This document shows positions 20,782-30,414 of a stretch of DNA of 64,000 bases, one piece after another. Position numbers and translations under genes: made by a program. This stretch comes from an uncultured archaeon (GTDB lineage Archaea > Asgardarchaeota > Thorarchaeia > Thorarchaeales > Thorarchaeaceae), in contig CAYYQL010000006.1 of assembly GCA_964473825.1 (NCBI GenBank), forward strand, positions 47,367-111,366, in the 5' to 3' direction. Below the pieces are notes generated by a model. It saw only the letters and a program-made list of their open reading frames with translations, was not told where the DNA came from and did no database searches. Each line of letters begins with the position of its first letter. Position 1 is the first letter of the stretch.

Positions 20782-21171
20782 CTATGGACGCATGGACAAT
20801 GCTTTCCCGATGGGGGTATGTGTTTCTAGACTTCCCCGCATGAGCCTTACAGACCTGTGCAAGGTTTGGATTCCATCACGCATGAATGAGTCGATGTCGC
20901 ATACAACATCCTCCCATGACCTCGATGGATCATTTAGATCCTGATGATCGATGATGTACTTGAAGGTGAGAGGCAGGCCATTCACTTCTACGCCAATGGC
21001 CATGAGTGTCACACGCCGGATTCGTTGTTGATCATCTAGGAAGGGACTCTGGAAATATTCCGGGTCATAGAGAACTACCGCAGCTCGATTGGCTGCCTCC
21101 ATAAAGTCATCATAGTCTTCTAAGACAAGCGGAGGTACGTAAACAGTTTCGCTGTTGCTCATTTTCTTCAC
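20782..21171 (-). CDS. Hypothetical protein
   Basis: 129-aa ORF. Confidence 0.65.
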   Translation of the reverse strand: MKKMSNSETVYVPPLVLEDYDDFMEAANRAAVVLYDPEYFQSPFLDDQQRIRRVTLMAIGVEVNGLPLTFKYIIDHQDLNDPSRSWEDVVCDIDSFMRDGIQTLHRSVRLMRGSLETHTPIGKALSMRP

Positions 21172-21341
21172 CAGTCTGCTGTTCTGCCACTCCCCCCTAC
21201 CCCTTCATTTCCGATGGAGGGGGAGGAGTAGGACCAGCCTTATCTGGGCCTCCCGGCCCGCTACTAACCATATAAACACAAATACATATAAACATATCTA
21301 TTTAGTTTATAAATTAGCCGTTTATTTGATATTAACGTTGC

Positions 21342-21359
21342 TTGGAACACGTGTTCTAA
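21342..21359. promoter_or_regulatory. 18-bp palindromic site TTGGAACACGTGTTCTAA (copy 1 of 3)
   Basis: Identical copy at 44854-44871; near-identical at 62401-62418; all intergenic. Confidence 0.65.
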
Positions 21360-21409
21360 GTACTATTTGGCGCGGAATGGAAAGTGAATAGAATGCCGAT
21401 ATGGGGCCT

Positions 21410-21862
21410 TCAGAGGGTCTCGCATACTCGCCGGATTTTGCGGATTTGTTCATGCTTGACATGCGCGAAGTACTGGAACAGACGGCTGATGACTTCAGAC
21501 TTTGCACGGGCAGCGATTGATAAGAAGAAGGTATAGCCCTTGATCTCCTGCTTTAGAGCCTTGTTGCAGATGAATATCCTTGGGTCGGTCTCAACCCGCT
21601 TCAAATCGAAAGGGGTCTCATCAGGAGAACTCTCCTCATCGAACTGGACGGCTTTCTCCACTGCATCCAGTATTCCGGTCATGATCATGTCCTCAATCTC
21701 TTCTGCCAGGTTCTCCTCCGACTCTGCAAGCACCATCAACAGGGCCTTTGTCTTTGGGTTTTCGACAGCATCTGCAGCATCCATATAGAACTTGTAATGA
21801 TTGAGAGATGTTGCCAATGCAAGATTTAGCATGTGTTCAGCCTGACTCTTCGTACGACTCAT
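21410..21862 (-). CDS. Ferritin-like/rubrerythrin-like protein
   Basis: Two repeated helical units (FY..AA...LA..E, E...YTFF...A...H). Confidence 0.65.
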   Translation of the reverse strand: MSRTKSQAEHMLNLALATSLNHYKFYMDAADAVENPKTKALLMVLAESEENLAEEIEDMIMTGILDAVEKAVQFDEESSPDETPFDLKRVETDPRIFICNKALKQEIKGYTFFLSIAARAKSEVISRLFQYFAHVKHEQIRKIRRVCETL

Positions 21863-21962
21863 CCTACGTTCACGCATCCATAGAATTCCATGGAGAAATG
21901 GGTTTCGGACAGACACCTTGGACTTGGAAAGAGTTCAGAATCACCCAATGAACGGCTTTGCC

Positions 21963-22679
21963 TCAAGAGTTCTGAAAACTCTCGGGGCTCTCGAGGTACT
22001 GCATCAACAGAGCATACTCGTCTCTATCCATGCTGTCCTCAAGGAGAGGTAGACCCTCATCAACAAAATCTATCACGGAATGGAGTCTGAGACCCTCTGA
22101 CTCGGCGCGCTCTCTGGCCCCTTGTTGTCGGTCAATGAGAACAACAATGTCGTCACACCTGACATCGCTCAACCCTCGTCGTTCCACCTCTCTGAGAACC
22201 TGCGAACGAGCAATCAGTTTGCTATTCATTCCCGTCACCAAGTCGTCGACAAGGCAGAGTATGTCGCCATCTTCCAGTCGGCCCTCGAGAAGTCTGTGCT
22301 GACCATACTCGGATAACGCCGCTGCTAAATCAGCCTCACTCCTGACACCGGTCAGTTTCCGCGTATGACATGCAGGAAGCCCTGACTGTAAGGAGATTGC
22401 TGTTGCAATGGGGACACCTGCAAAGGCAATGCCCACAAGCCTGTTGGCATGTGATACCTTTTCTTCTACCAAGAGCGCCATGGCCTCCGCAGCCTTCCTG
22501 AGCACACGGGGATAGGAGCTTATCAGTCGAAGTTGGATATAGAATGGGCTCCAGAGTCCTGATATCAAGGTCCAGCCACTTGATTGATCGCGTTTCGAGG
22601 TGAGAAGCATTCCATTATCGTAGAGTCCTGTCATGATCTCGCGCTTCAGCGATAGGGGGATAGTGGTATCAGCAACCAT
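21963..22679 (-). CDS. pyrE: Orotate phosphoribosyltransferase-like protein
   Basis: L.SG..SPFYI.LR, GIAFAGVP, LVDDLVTG, VVLIDRQQG. Confidence 0.85.
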   Translation of the reverse strand: MVADTTIPLSLKREIMTGLYDNGMLLTSKRDQSSGWTLISGLWSPFYIQLRLISSYPRVLRKAAEAMALLVEEKVSHANRLVGIAFAGVPIATAISLQSGLPACHTRKLTGVRSEADLAAALSEYGQHRLLEGRLEDGDILCLVDDLVTGMNSKLIARSQVLREVERRGLSDVRCDDIVVLIDRQQGARERAESEGLRLHSVIDFVDEGLPLLEDSMDRDEYALLMQYLESPESFQNS

Positions 22680-22776
22680 GAGTTCCACCTCGGAGGATAT
22701 CATCTAGCCATCTCTTAACTGTGCTCCTACCAGTGCGAGTTCGAAGACTCATATATGCAGATGCGAACAAAGATGT

Positions 22777-23826
22777 ATGGAAGATGCAGAGATAGTCGAC
22801 TGGTTGCTAGAGGAGGGAGGGGCATCAGTACATTTCAGAACACTGGTCGATTTGGTCAGACATAACGACATGCTGAAAGTGAGCTGTGCTCTTGATGACC
22901 TCATCAACAGCCCACTGGTTAAGCTTTGGTTGAGTAGGCTCGGAGAGGGCCTGTCATTCAAATCCCTCCATTCTGGCAGACCTGATGCTTTTGAGAATAC
23001 AGTCGGGAAGCTAGTGCAGCTTGGAATGAGAGCCGGCCTTCAGCCGTTTGACAATCTGACCTTGAAGTATCGGGCCTGGCTCACTGATAACCTGTCTGGC
23101 AATGAAAGGAGAGTTGGACCCTTCAAGCGCCTTATCCTAGCCTCATTCCTCAGTTACGCGGGATATCATGACACGACCACAGTGAATGGTCTACTCCAAT
23201 GCAGACTGAACACCGTTCACAGGTTCGCGACACAAGGAGACCTGTCGAACATCTATGCGTCACCGGAGAGGCAGAGACAGGTACCTGGCAGTTACTCTTC
23301 CCATAGATTGATCCGAGCAGGATTGAGGGGGAAACACGGGCTAGCGCTACCTTACGTCCACGACCTTCTTGGTTTCGGTAGTTCACAGCAGTTGCTTAGA
23401 AACCCTGTTCAAAGAGTGAAGCTGGGACAGATTCTTGACATGATCATGAGTGACGAATATCAGTCGCTCCCACGTGGTTACGGAGTCATGGAGACAGCAG
23501 GGATATATCGCGTCATTGGATGGAGCATTCATCTACCGGAGCTGGTTGCAGAGAGGGGAGCAGAAATGCTGATGATGATGGAGCTCCTTGCGCCTTTTGA
23601 ACGAGGCAGAGAAAGCGTATGGTTCAAGGATGCCTGGCATATACTCGAAATGCAAAAAACGGAACGGGACACCTACCGATTCCCAACGCATTGGTTGAGA
23701 GATCAATCTAGTGGCTATTGGATAAACGGTGCATACATGGCCTTGGGGCGTAGACGAACGAATCCGATAATCGAACAAGAGTCAACCTTCAGGGTTCTGT
23801 GGTTGAAACACTTGATGACTCGTTAG
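22777..23826 (+). CDS. Hypothetical protein (possible alpha/alpha-toroid)
   Basis: 349-aa ORF; WLLEEGG.SV.FRTL.DL N-terminus. Confidence 0.6.
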   Translation: MEDAEIVDWLLEEGGASVHFRTLVDLVRHNDMLKVSCALDDLINSPLVKLWLSRLGEGLSFKSLHSGRPDAFENTVGKLVQLGMRAGLQPFDNLTLKYRAWLTDNLSGNERRVGPFKRLILASFLSYAGYHDTTTVNGLLQCRLNTVHRFATQGDLSNIYASPERQRQVPGSYSSHRLIRAGLRGKHGLALPYVHDLLGFGSSQQLLRNPVQRVKLGQILDMIMSDEYQSLPRGYGVMETAGIYRVIGWSIHLPELVAERGAEMLMMMELLAPFERGRESVWFKDAWHILEMQKTERDTYRFPTHWLRDQSSGYWINGAYMALGRRRTNPIIEQESTFRVLWLKHLMTR

Positions 23827-24913
23827 CAAGACCGTCCTCTCCCTGTTCCGGCTCGTTCGTTTTGCGCCCCTTGAAGATGAACTGGGTCACAGAGAATCGG
23901 TTCACAACGAAGACCACACCGGGAACGGAAACGAGCACTGCAACAGCAAACCTCAGGACCCACAGAAGCAAAGTAGGTTCAAGGGGGAGACCCAACAGAA
24001 CAAAGGCAACTGCGGGAATGAAGAAAGTCATCGGATGGAGCTCGTATATCTCCTGAGAGTTTCTACCAAGAATCAGACCGATGGACCTTGGTCTCTCAGG
24101 GAGGTCTGTCAAGTAACCTGAAACAACAAAGACTATGATGGAACCAAGTGTCCCAGTCGCAAGATACAGCAACACTGATTCACCAATCCTATCCACTGCA
24201 AGGTCGGTGAATCCGTTCATCTGCGATGCGAGGATGAGGCACACGCCCAGAAGAATCACAATCAAAAAGTCAACAGAGGGAGTTTCACTCCGCCACGATT
24301 TGAGACCTCGCAAATGCCGGATCTCGTTTCCAATCAAGACGAAAGTAGCAGAGATTAAGATGGCGTTCAAGTGCCACGGAACCAAGGCAGGTGAAAAGAG
24401 AGATTGAAGCCATACGGCCAGGACGGGTAACACTGCAAATAGAGGATATCGGGCCCAGTGCGGTTGTTTCCTCAACGTATGGTCCAGAACGACAAACAGA
24501 AAGAAACCAAAAAAGAGGACGGGAAGAAACCAGAGATGTGTGACTGAGTCAGGAGGACCGCTACCATACAAGAACCAGAACAAAAGCTGGTCAGGGGTGA
24601 GATAGGTATCGACATACGGCGACAGCAGTGCGAAGAGCAGCATCATGATCCCGTACAGTATGAAATAGGGAATCATGAACTGCCGGCCGCGTGTGCGAAG
24701 GAGGGCTATAAAATCATCCCGATGTTTCTCGTTGTTATATGTGAGCCCTGTTAGAACAAAGAAGAGGGGGATTGTAAAGCTGCTCAGGTGAACTGTGATG
24801 GCATTGATTGTAGGTATTATTGAATGAACCAGCATGACAAAGAATATCCCCACACCCTTGGCCATATCAATCCAATCAAAGCGCCGGTGGGGAACGAATA
24901 CCCCGTTTTTCAT
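23789..24913 (-). CDS. Acyltransferase 3 family membrane protein
   Basis: WIDMAKGVGIFFVMLVH, PLFFVLTG, HLWFLPVLF. Confidence 0.88.
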   Translation of the reverse strand: MKNGVFVPHRRFDWIDMAKGVGIFFVMLVHSIIPTINAITVHLSSFTIPLFFVLTGLTYNNEKHRDDFIALLRTRGRQFMIPYFILYGIMMLLFALLSPYVDTYLTPDQLLFWFLYGSGPPDSVTHLWFLPVLFFGFFLFVVLDHTLRKQPHWARYPLFAVLPVLAVWLQSLFSPALVPWHLNAILISATFVLIGNEIRHLRGLKSWRSETPSVDFLIVILLGVCLILASQMNGFTDLAVDRIGESVLLYLATGTLGSIIVFVVSGYLTDLPERPRSIGLILGRNSQEIYELHPMTFFIPAVAFVLLGLPLEPTLLLWVLRFAVAVLVSVPGVVFVVNRFSVTQFIFKGRKTNEPEQGEDGLANESSSVSTTEP

Positions 24914-25468
24914 AATCGTTCACTTGTCTTCAAACAGAAGGCTTTGGCAAACTTTTTAACACTGACCTTCGGGGATTTCGGGAAAAGGGGGAGAAAGGTT
25001 GGACTTGCGGGATAGTGTGTCCCTCTCCAAGAATCTCTCTTTTCACTCGCTCAACATCTCGGGGGGATTGCTTGGAAATCCAAGAATTTAGCATGTCATT
25101 GGGTGATCGGCTGCATTTCCAGAAGTAAACCCGATCTTCCAGAGAGATCCATATGATTGCTTCGCTCCTCGCTCGGTTGTTCAGATCTGCTGATGGCTTG
25201 TACAAGATTCAATCAGATTGTCGGGCAGATGAATTCTGGGTTACGCCTTCGAATTGGTCCGGATGTATCTCGTAGAAGTAGAATCTGTCGGAAGTATGTG
25301 TGAGATTCGCCTTTCTTATAGGATTGCCCAGGGATGCCAAGTAAGAGCCTGAAACATCATTCATCAGGAATCGTAATCCAATCTTTCCCGCCGCTAATGA
25401 ACTCCACACTGTCTCACCCCGATATAGGATGGCAATAATGAATTGACATTCATAGAACTGCAGAAAGA

Positions 25469-25634
25469 TGGTGCGCTCGCCGGGACTCGAATTCCCGACC
25501 ACATTCGAGACTGAATGCAGTTCCCGGCTCCCGATTGCATTCGGAGTGAATGCAATTGCCGGATCCGTGGCAGGGATCCATCATAGCCCCTTAGTCAATA
25601 CCCCAAAAATTGGAGTATTATAGACAACGAGCGC
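25469..25634 (-). tRNA. tRNA-Gly(GCC) with three non-canonical introns (14/15: 25591-25620; 48/49: 25528-25557; 53/54: 25492-25522)
   Basis: Spliced product GCGCTCGTTGTCTAGGGGCTATGATGGATCCCTGCCACGGATCCGGCCCGGGTTCGAGTCCCGGCGAGCGCACCA folds as a cloverleaf; each insert is a hairpin with BHB-like junctions. Confidence 0.88.
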
Positions 25635-25824
25635 TCGAGAAACAGTCGAGGCAGTATCGGTTTTAAAGGTTACCAATAGGTTCCAATTCTCCACTGGCTA
25701 TCAGTCTTTAAACATGTCCCCACTTCAGGAAATCAGTCCAAATTTGAGTCCCGGCGGATGCATCATTCTTAATTTGATTTAATATCTTTTTAATCAGGGG
25801 ATCAGTGTGACGACCCAGAGAGTA

Positions 25825-27129
25825 TCATGGCCGGGACATCTTGTTCAAGGCTCTGGAGATACCCATTAGCGTCTTCTTGATGTCATTATCAGTGTGAGCA
25901 AAGGAGAGCGCCCCCAAGCCATGGTAACCAAAGATGCCCTCTTGCATGAGTAGACCCTGAAAGATATCTTGTTGCTTATGATCGAAGAGCTCGCCAATCT
26001 GTCCGGGAGTTGTGATGTCGTCTGATGGCAGATTGGTGAGACAAGTGATGAAGTTGATCGAGCCATATCCCGTACCAATGATACTGACCTTTTCCTCCTC
26101 AAGCATATCATTTAGTCGTTCTCGGAACACGTCACCCATTTTGTTCAAGCCAGAGTATTCATCCTTCTTGGCTCTAAGCTGCTCCAAGACCGCCAAGCCC
26201 GCGACCATTGTGAGAGGATGGCTTGAGAAAGTGCCTCCACCCACCCAGCGGCCGCCCTTTGTCCCAGGTACCGCCAGAGCCATAATGTCCTCACGACCGC
26301 CATATGCACCAAGGGGCATACCTCCCGCGGCTGCCTTGCCGAGGGTAAGAAGGTCGGGCATTACGCCGAAGATTCCATCCCCGGTTGTTCCGTACCTTAG
26401 GCGGAAGCCCGTCACAATCTCGTCAAAGATGAGCAGAATATCCCGTGACTCGGTCTCCTCACGGAGATATGAAAGAAAATCATCCGCAGGCGGTAGTCCG
26501 CCACCGGCTCCTACTATCGGCTCAACGATGATTGCCGCCAGATCCTTGCCGTGTTGCTTTAGCATCTGGTCCAGACTCTCACGGCTGTTGAAATCGAAAG
26601 AAACACCATTGTAGAATGGTTCATCGGAATAGGGATACTTGAGGTGAAATGATAGTGTATCGTTACCACCATGCCAGCCACTCAGTGCCTTTCCCACAAG
26701 TGATCGGCCAGTGAACAGGCGGGCCAAGCGTACGGCGTACATGGTAGACTCGCTTCCGGTGGCTGTGAAGCGCATCTTCTCAAGAATGGGCACTGTCTTC
26801 TGGATTGCCTCACCATACTTCACTTGGGGTTCTGTTGGCGCACCGAAGTGGTACCCGTCGTCCAGTCGCTTCCAAATCGCCTCTGCAACATGATGGTTGC
26901 CATGGCCCAGTATCATGGAATAGTGGGTCATCCACCAGTCGATGTACTCGTTGCCGTCAATGTCCCATATGTGTCCACCCTTGCCACGCTCGATGTAGGG
27001 CGGATATGAACCGGTTGCCGGCATACCAAACGTACGGATGTTATGACTCACACCGCTCGGGAATACCCTCGTTGCCCGTTCATAGAGATCTCTTGACGTT
27101 CCGGTCCGTGAATGATAGTCTTCAAGCAC
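25825..27129 (-). CDS. Class III PLP aminotransferase (GSA-aminomutase-like)
   Basis: DIDGNEYID, TGSEST, FDEIVTGFR, TLGKAAAGGMP. Confidence 0.88.
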   Translation of the reverse strand: MLEDYHSRTGTSRDLYERATRVFPSGVSHNIRTFGMPATGSYPPYIERGKGGHIWDIDGNEYIDWWMTHYSMILGHGNHHVAEAIWKRLDDGYHFGAPTEPQVKYGEAIQKTVPILEKMRFTATGSESTMYAVRLARLFTGRSLVGKALSGWHGGNDTLSFHLKYPYSDEPFYNGVSFDFNSRESLDQMLKQHGKDLAAIIVEPIVGAGGGLPPADDFLSYLREETESRDILLIFDEIVTGFRLRYGTTGDGIFGVMPDLLTLGKAAAGGMPLGAYGGREDIMALAVPGTKGGRWVGGGTFSSHPLTMVAGLAVLEQLRAKKDEYSGLNKMGDVFRERLNDMLEEEKVSIIGTGYGSINFITCLTNLPSDDITTPGQIGELFDHKQQDIFQGLLMQEGIFGYHGLGALSFAHTDNDIKKTLMGISRALNKMSRP

Positions 27130-27135
27130 CTGCTG

Positions 27136-28179
27136 TCACCTCAGCTCTGAGTCTTTGTAGAACCTTGACGTGTTCCGTGGTACTGGTATGTCCTTCATGG
27201 TCTTCAGACCCGGTGAAGAACTGACAACCATGGGAATAAGATTGAGAATCATTCCGACTGTACCGAAGTCGCCCTGAACACCACCTTCAATGCGCTGATA
27301 GATTCGGGGATGCCCGTCAATCAGCACCTCATCGTATTCGGGCGTTGCCTCTGCAAATGCCAGAAAGTCGAGCTGTACTATCGTGTGGCCATCGCGGCGC
27401 CCTAGGCCGGTGCTCTTCAGACCCAGCACATCTCCCTTCTCTATCTTCGTGAAAGGATTAGTGATGGTCGTTTCCGCGAGAACAGCCTCAGGTGGCAGTT
27501 CCTCGACGGTGTCCAACCCAAGATTGAGGGCGGCATCAATCATGCGGATTGACTCCACTAAGCCCACATGACCAGTGATGATGGCTTCGTCAATTCTTTT
27601 TCTGAACTCCTCCACCGTCATCCCAGTACCTATCTTCTTCTGGAATGAGGGCCGTCTCCGGCTGGAGTTCATATGTCGAGTCACATGGATTTTGTCAACT
27701 CTCTGGCAAGGTGCTGTCAATACAATCGGCAGTAAATCCATCAGATAGCCAGGATTGATTCCTGTGCCCAAGACTGTCTTCCCTGCCTGTCTTGCAGCCT
27801 CATCCATCCCGGAGGACAGTTCTGGATATCGAGTGTAGGGATAGGATAGCTCCTCACAGATCGAGAGTACTTCCATGTCATGGGCAAGACATACTTCTAT
27901 GAGAGGGGCGACCGACTCAAGTGATGATGATGTGGCAATGACAGCTACATCAGCAAGCTTCTCTTCAGATTCCTCCAGAGCTCTCTGGAGATTCTCCTTG
28001 ATTCTAAGTTCAGTATCGGTCCTCTCGGGGAGTAGGTCGCTCAGTTTCCTTCCCGCAATGTCAGGAGCTGCATCCACCAGTGCTGTAAGCTTGAGATTCT
28101 CTCGCTGCAAAATGGAGACTGCAACATGTCGCCCCAGGGATCCGAATCCAATCTGTAAGACTTCAAAAGGATCTGGCAT
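27136..28179 (-). CDS. 2,4-diaminopentanoate dehydrogenase-like (Ord/DapB-like) oxidoreductase
   Basis: GFGSLG, CEELSYP, GTGINPG.LMD, GHVGL.ES. Confidence 0.82.
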   Translation of the reverse strand: MPDPFEVLQIGFGSLGRHVAVSILQRENLKLTALVDAAPDIAGRKLSDLLPERTDTELRIKENLQRALEESEEKLADVAVIATSSSLESVAPLIEVCLAHDMEVLSICEELSYPYTRYPELSSGMDEAARQAGKTVLGTGINPGYLMDLLPIVLTAPCQRVDKIHVTRHMNSSRRRPSFQKKIGTGMTVEEFRKRIDEAIITGHVGLVESIRMIDAALNLGLDTVEELPPEAVLAETTITNPFTKIEKGDVLGLKSTGLGRRDGHTIVQLDFLAFAEATPEYDEVLIDGHPRIYQRIEGGVQGDFGTVGMILNLIPMVVSSSPGLKTMKDIPVPRNTSRFYKDSELR

Positions 28180-28542
28180 GGCCCTCACACATTCATCCCT
28201 GCATATATGGCATTCTGTGGACGTTTGCCTACTCCAAGAACGCCCTTATTTTTTCCATGTACATCCCGGCAATCGATCACGACGACGTGAGCTACGCAGG
28301 GCCAGCAGCTTTCTTGATGGGAGAAACTATCACAGTACTCCCCCCGTGGCAGCTGCAGCAGTTTGGGAACGGTACTCTGACGCTGTCTCGTGAGAATCTT
28401 TGACTTAACTTCTACTACTCTCCACTGATTATTAGAGCAAGTCGAAACTATGAGAGAGATGAGTCACACTAATCCGTAACGAAGCTGTTTTCAGGAGGAC
28501 GATACTCTACGGGCGCAATGATGGACGAGATGACGTGAGAGT

Positions 28543-29916
28543 ATGGACCGAATACAGCTGAGCGCTCTATCCGTGGCTATTGCAGCCTCATTTCTGACAC
28601 CGTTTATGTCGTCATCCATAAACATAGCATTGCCCTCGATTGGCGAGGAGTTCACAGCTGACGCGGTCATCCTGAGCTGGGTTGCGACTTCCTATCTGCT
28701 CGCTGCAGCGATTTTCTTGGTGCCCTTTGGCCGAATTGCAGACATTCGGGGGAGAAAGAAGATATTCGTGGCAGGACTTGTGGTCTATACAGTCGCCTCG
28801 GGTCTCTGTGCGTTGGTCAATACCATCGAGCTTCTTATTGTAATGAGAATACTCCAAGGAGTTGGCGGCAGTATGATTTTTGGAACGGGAACGGCAATAC
28901 TGGTGTCGGTGTTTCCACCCGAGAAGAGGGGAAAGGTGCTCGGAATGAATGTCGCGGCAGTCTATACTGGACTGAGTCTAGGTCCGACAATCGGAGGAGT
29001 CATGATCAAGAGTCTCGGATGGAGAAGCATCTTCCTTGTCAACCTCCCTATTGGACTCGTTACTCTCATACTTGCTCTTACGATGCTTGACCGCGAATGG
29101 GCCGATGCGAGGGGAGAACGGTTTGACTTGATAGGATCAGTCCTGTATGGGGGGATGCTTCTCCTCACAATGTATGGACTCTCTGTGTTTCCCAACGGAA
29201 CCCTGTTCATTGTAGGTGGTCTTGGATTGCTGATTGTATTCATCCTATGGGAGGCGAGAGTCGAGTGCCCGGTTCTTGAGGTGGGAGTCTTCACCCGTAA
29301 TCGGACGTATGCGCTTTCTAACCTTGCTGCCCTCTTGAGTTACACCGCCACATTCGGAGTCGGATTCTTGATTAGCCTCTTCATGCAATACATCATGGGG
29401 ATGGATTCACAGGAAACCGGACTTGTTCTCGTATTCCAGCCCGTATTTCAGGCATTGTTCTCGCCGCTTGCCGGAAGGCTATCGGATAGGATACAACCGG
29501 CCATTATTACATCGACTGGAATGGCCCTGACATCGCTCTCCTTGTTCCTCCTCTCACTTCTTAACACCCAAGCAACTCGTCTGACAATCATGGTGAACTT
29601 GGCCCTGCTTGGATTCAGTCTCGCATTGTTCAGCTCACCCAATGTGAACGCAGTGATGAGCAGTGTATCAAACAGACTCTTCGGTGTTGCCAGCGCAACA
29701 GTGTCTACCATGCGACTTGTTGGTCAGACGACCAGTATGGCTATCATCACACTCGTCTTTGCACTCCTTATAGGCAGGATTCAGATCACACCTGCAGTGA
29801 CTCCAGCACTCATCTATAGCACCCAGACCATATTTCTCGTGTTCTCAGTACTGTGCCTCGTTGGGACAGTCATCTCGGCAGTAAGAGGCAGAGTCGTTCG
29901 AGGAGAGGTACAATAG
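28543..29916 (+). CDS. MFS transporter (DHA2/EmrB-like)
   Basis: GRIADIRGRKK motif A, WRSIFLVNLPIG, many TM segments. Confidence 0.93.
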   Translation: MDRIQLSALSVAIAASFLTPFMSSSINIALPSIGEEFTADAVILSWVATSYLLAAAIFLVPFGRIADIRGRKKIFVAGLVVYTVASGLCALVNTIELLIVMRILQGVGGSMIFGTGTAILVSVFPPEKRGKVLGMNVAAVYTGLSLGPTIGGVMIKSLGWRSIFLVNLPIGLVTLILALTMLDREWADARGERFDLIGSVLYGGMLLLTMYGLSVFPNGTLFIVGGLGLLIVFILWEARVECPVLEVGVFTRNRTYALSNLAALLSYTATFGVGFLISLFMQYIMGMDSQETGLVLVFQPVFQALFSPLAGRLSDRIQPAIITSTGMALTSLSLFLLSLLNTQATRLTIMVNLALLGFSLALFSSPNVNAVMSSVSNRLFGVASATVSTMRLVGQTTSMAIITLVFALLIGRIQITPAVTPALIYSTQTIFLVFSVLCLVGTVISAVRGRVVRGEVQ

Positions 29917-30006
29917 TTAGGATGAGTCTGATGCTATGTCAGAACACTCCCGTATTATGAAACATATGAGAACACTTCATATGCACCAGAGAAAGAGGGT
30001 AAGTCC

Positions 30007-30414
30007 ATGAAGAGAGTGTTGTTCCTCTGCACCGGTAATTCGGCACGCAGTCAGATGGCTGAGGCGCTTCTGCGCGAGCTGGGAAAGGAAGAGTACGAGG
30101 CATTCAGTGCCGGAACAGACATTCAGACAGAGGTCAATCCGTTCGCCATCCAGGTACTCAAAGAGATAGGCCTTAACACCGAGGGACTCCATCCAAAGAA
30201 ACTGGATCGCTTCAAGGGTGAAACATTCGACTTCGTCATTACTGTGTGCGATAATGCAAGACAGCAATGCCCCTTCTTTCCAGGAGCAAGAGAGATGCTC
30301 CACTGGTCACTTGAGGACCCCGCAGCATTCGAGGGGAGCCATGAAGAGATTCTCTTGATCTTTAGGGAGACCAGAGATGAGATTGAGAAGAGAATCAAGG
30401 GCACATTGCTCTAG
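30007..30414 (+). CDS. arsC: LMW-PTP-type arsenate reductase
   Basis: FLCTGNSARSQMAE, VCD..CP, HW.LEDP. Confidence 0.92.
   Translation: MKRVLFLCTGNSARSQMAEALLRELGKEEYEAFSAGTDIQTEVNPFAIQVLKEIGLNTEGLHPKKLDRFKGETFDFVITVCDNARQQCPFFPGAREMLHWSLEDPAAFEGSHEEILLIFRETRDEIEKRIKGTLL

Noticed and set aside
24930-25502. Two in-frame minus-strand ORFs separated by one TGA (25209-11), possible Sec read-through
   Set aside because: No redox motif around the TGA, and the upstream ORF start overlaps tRNA-Gly; more likely a pseudogene fragment.
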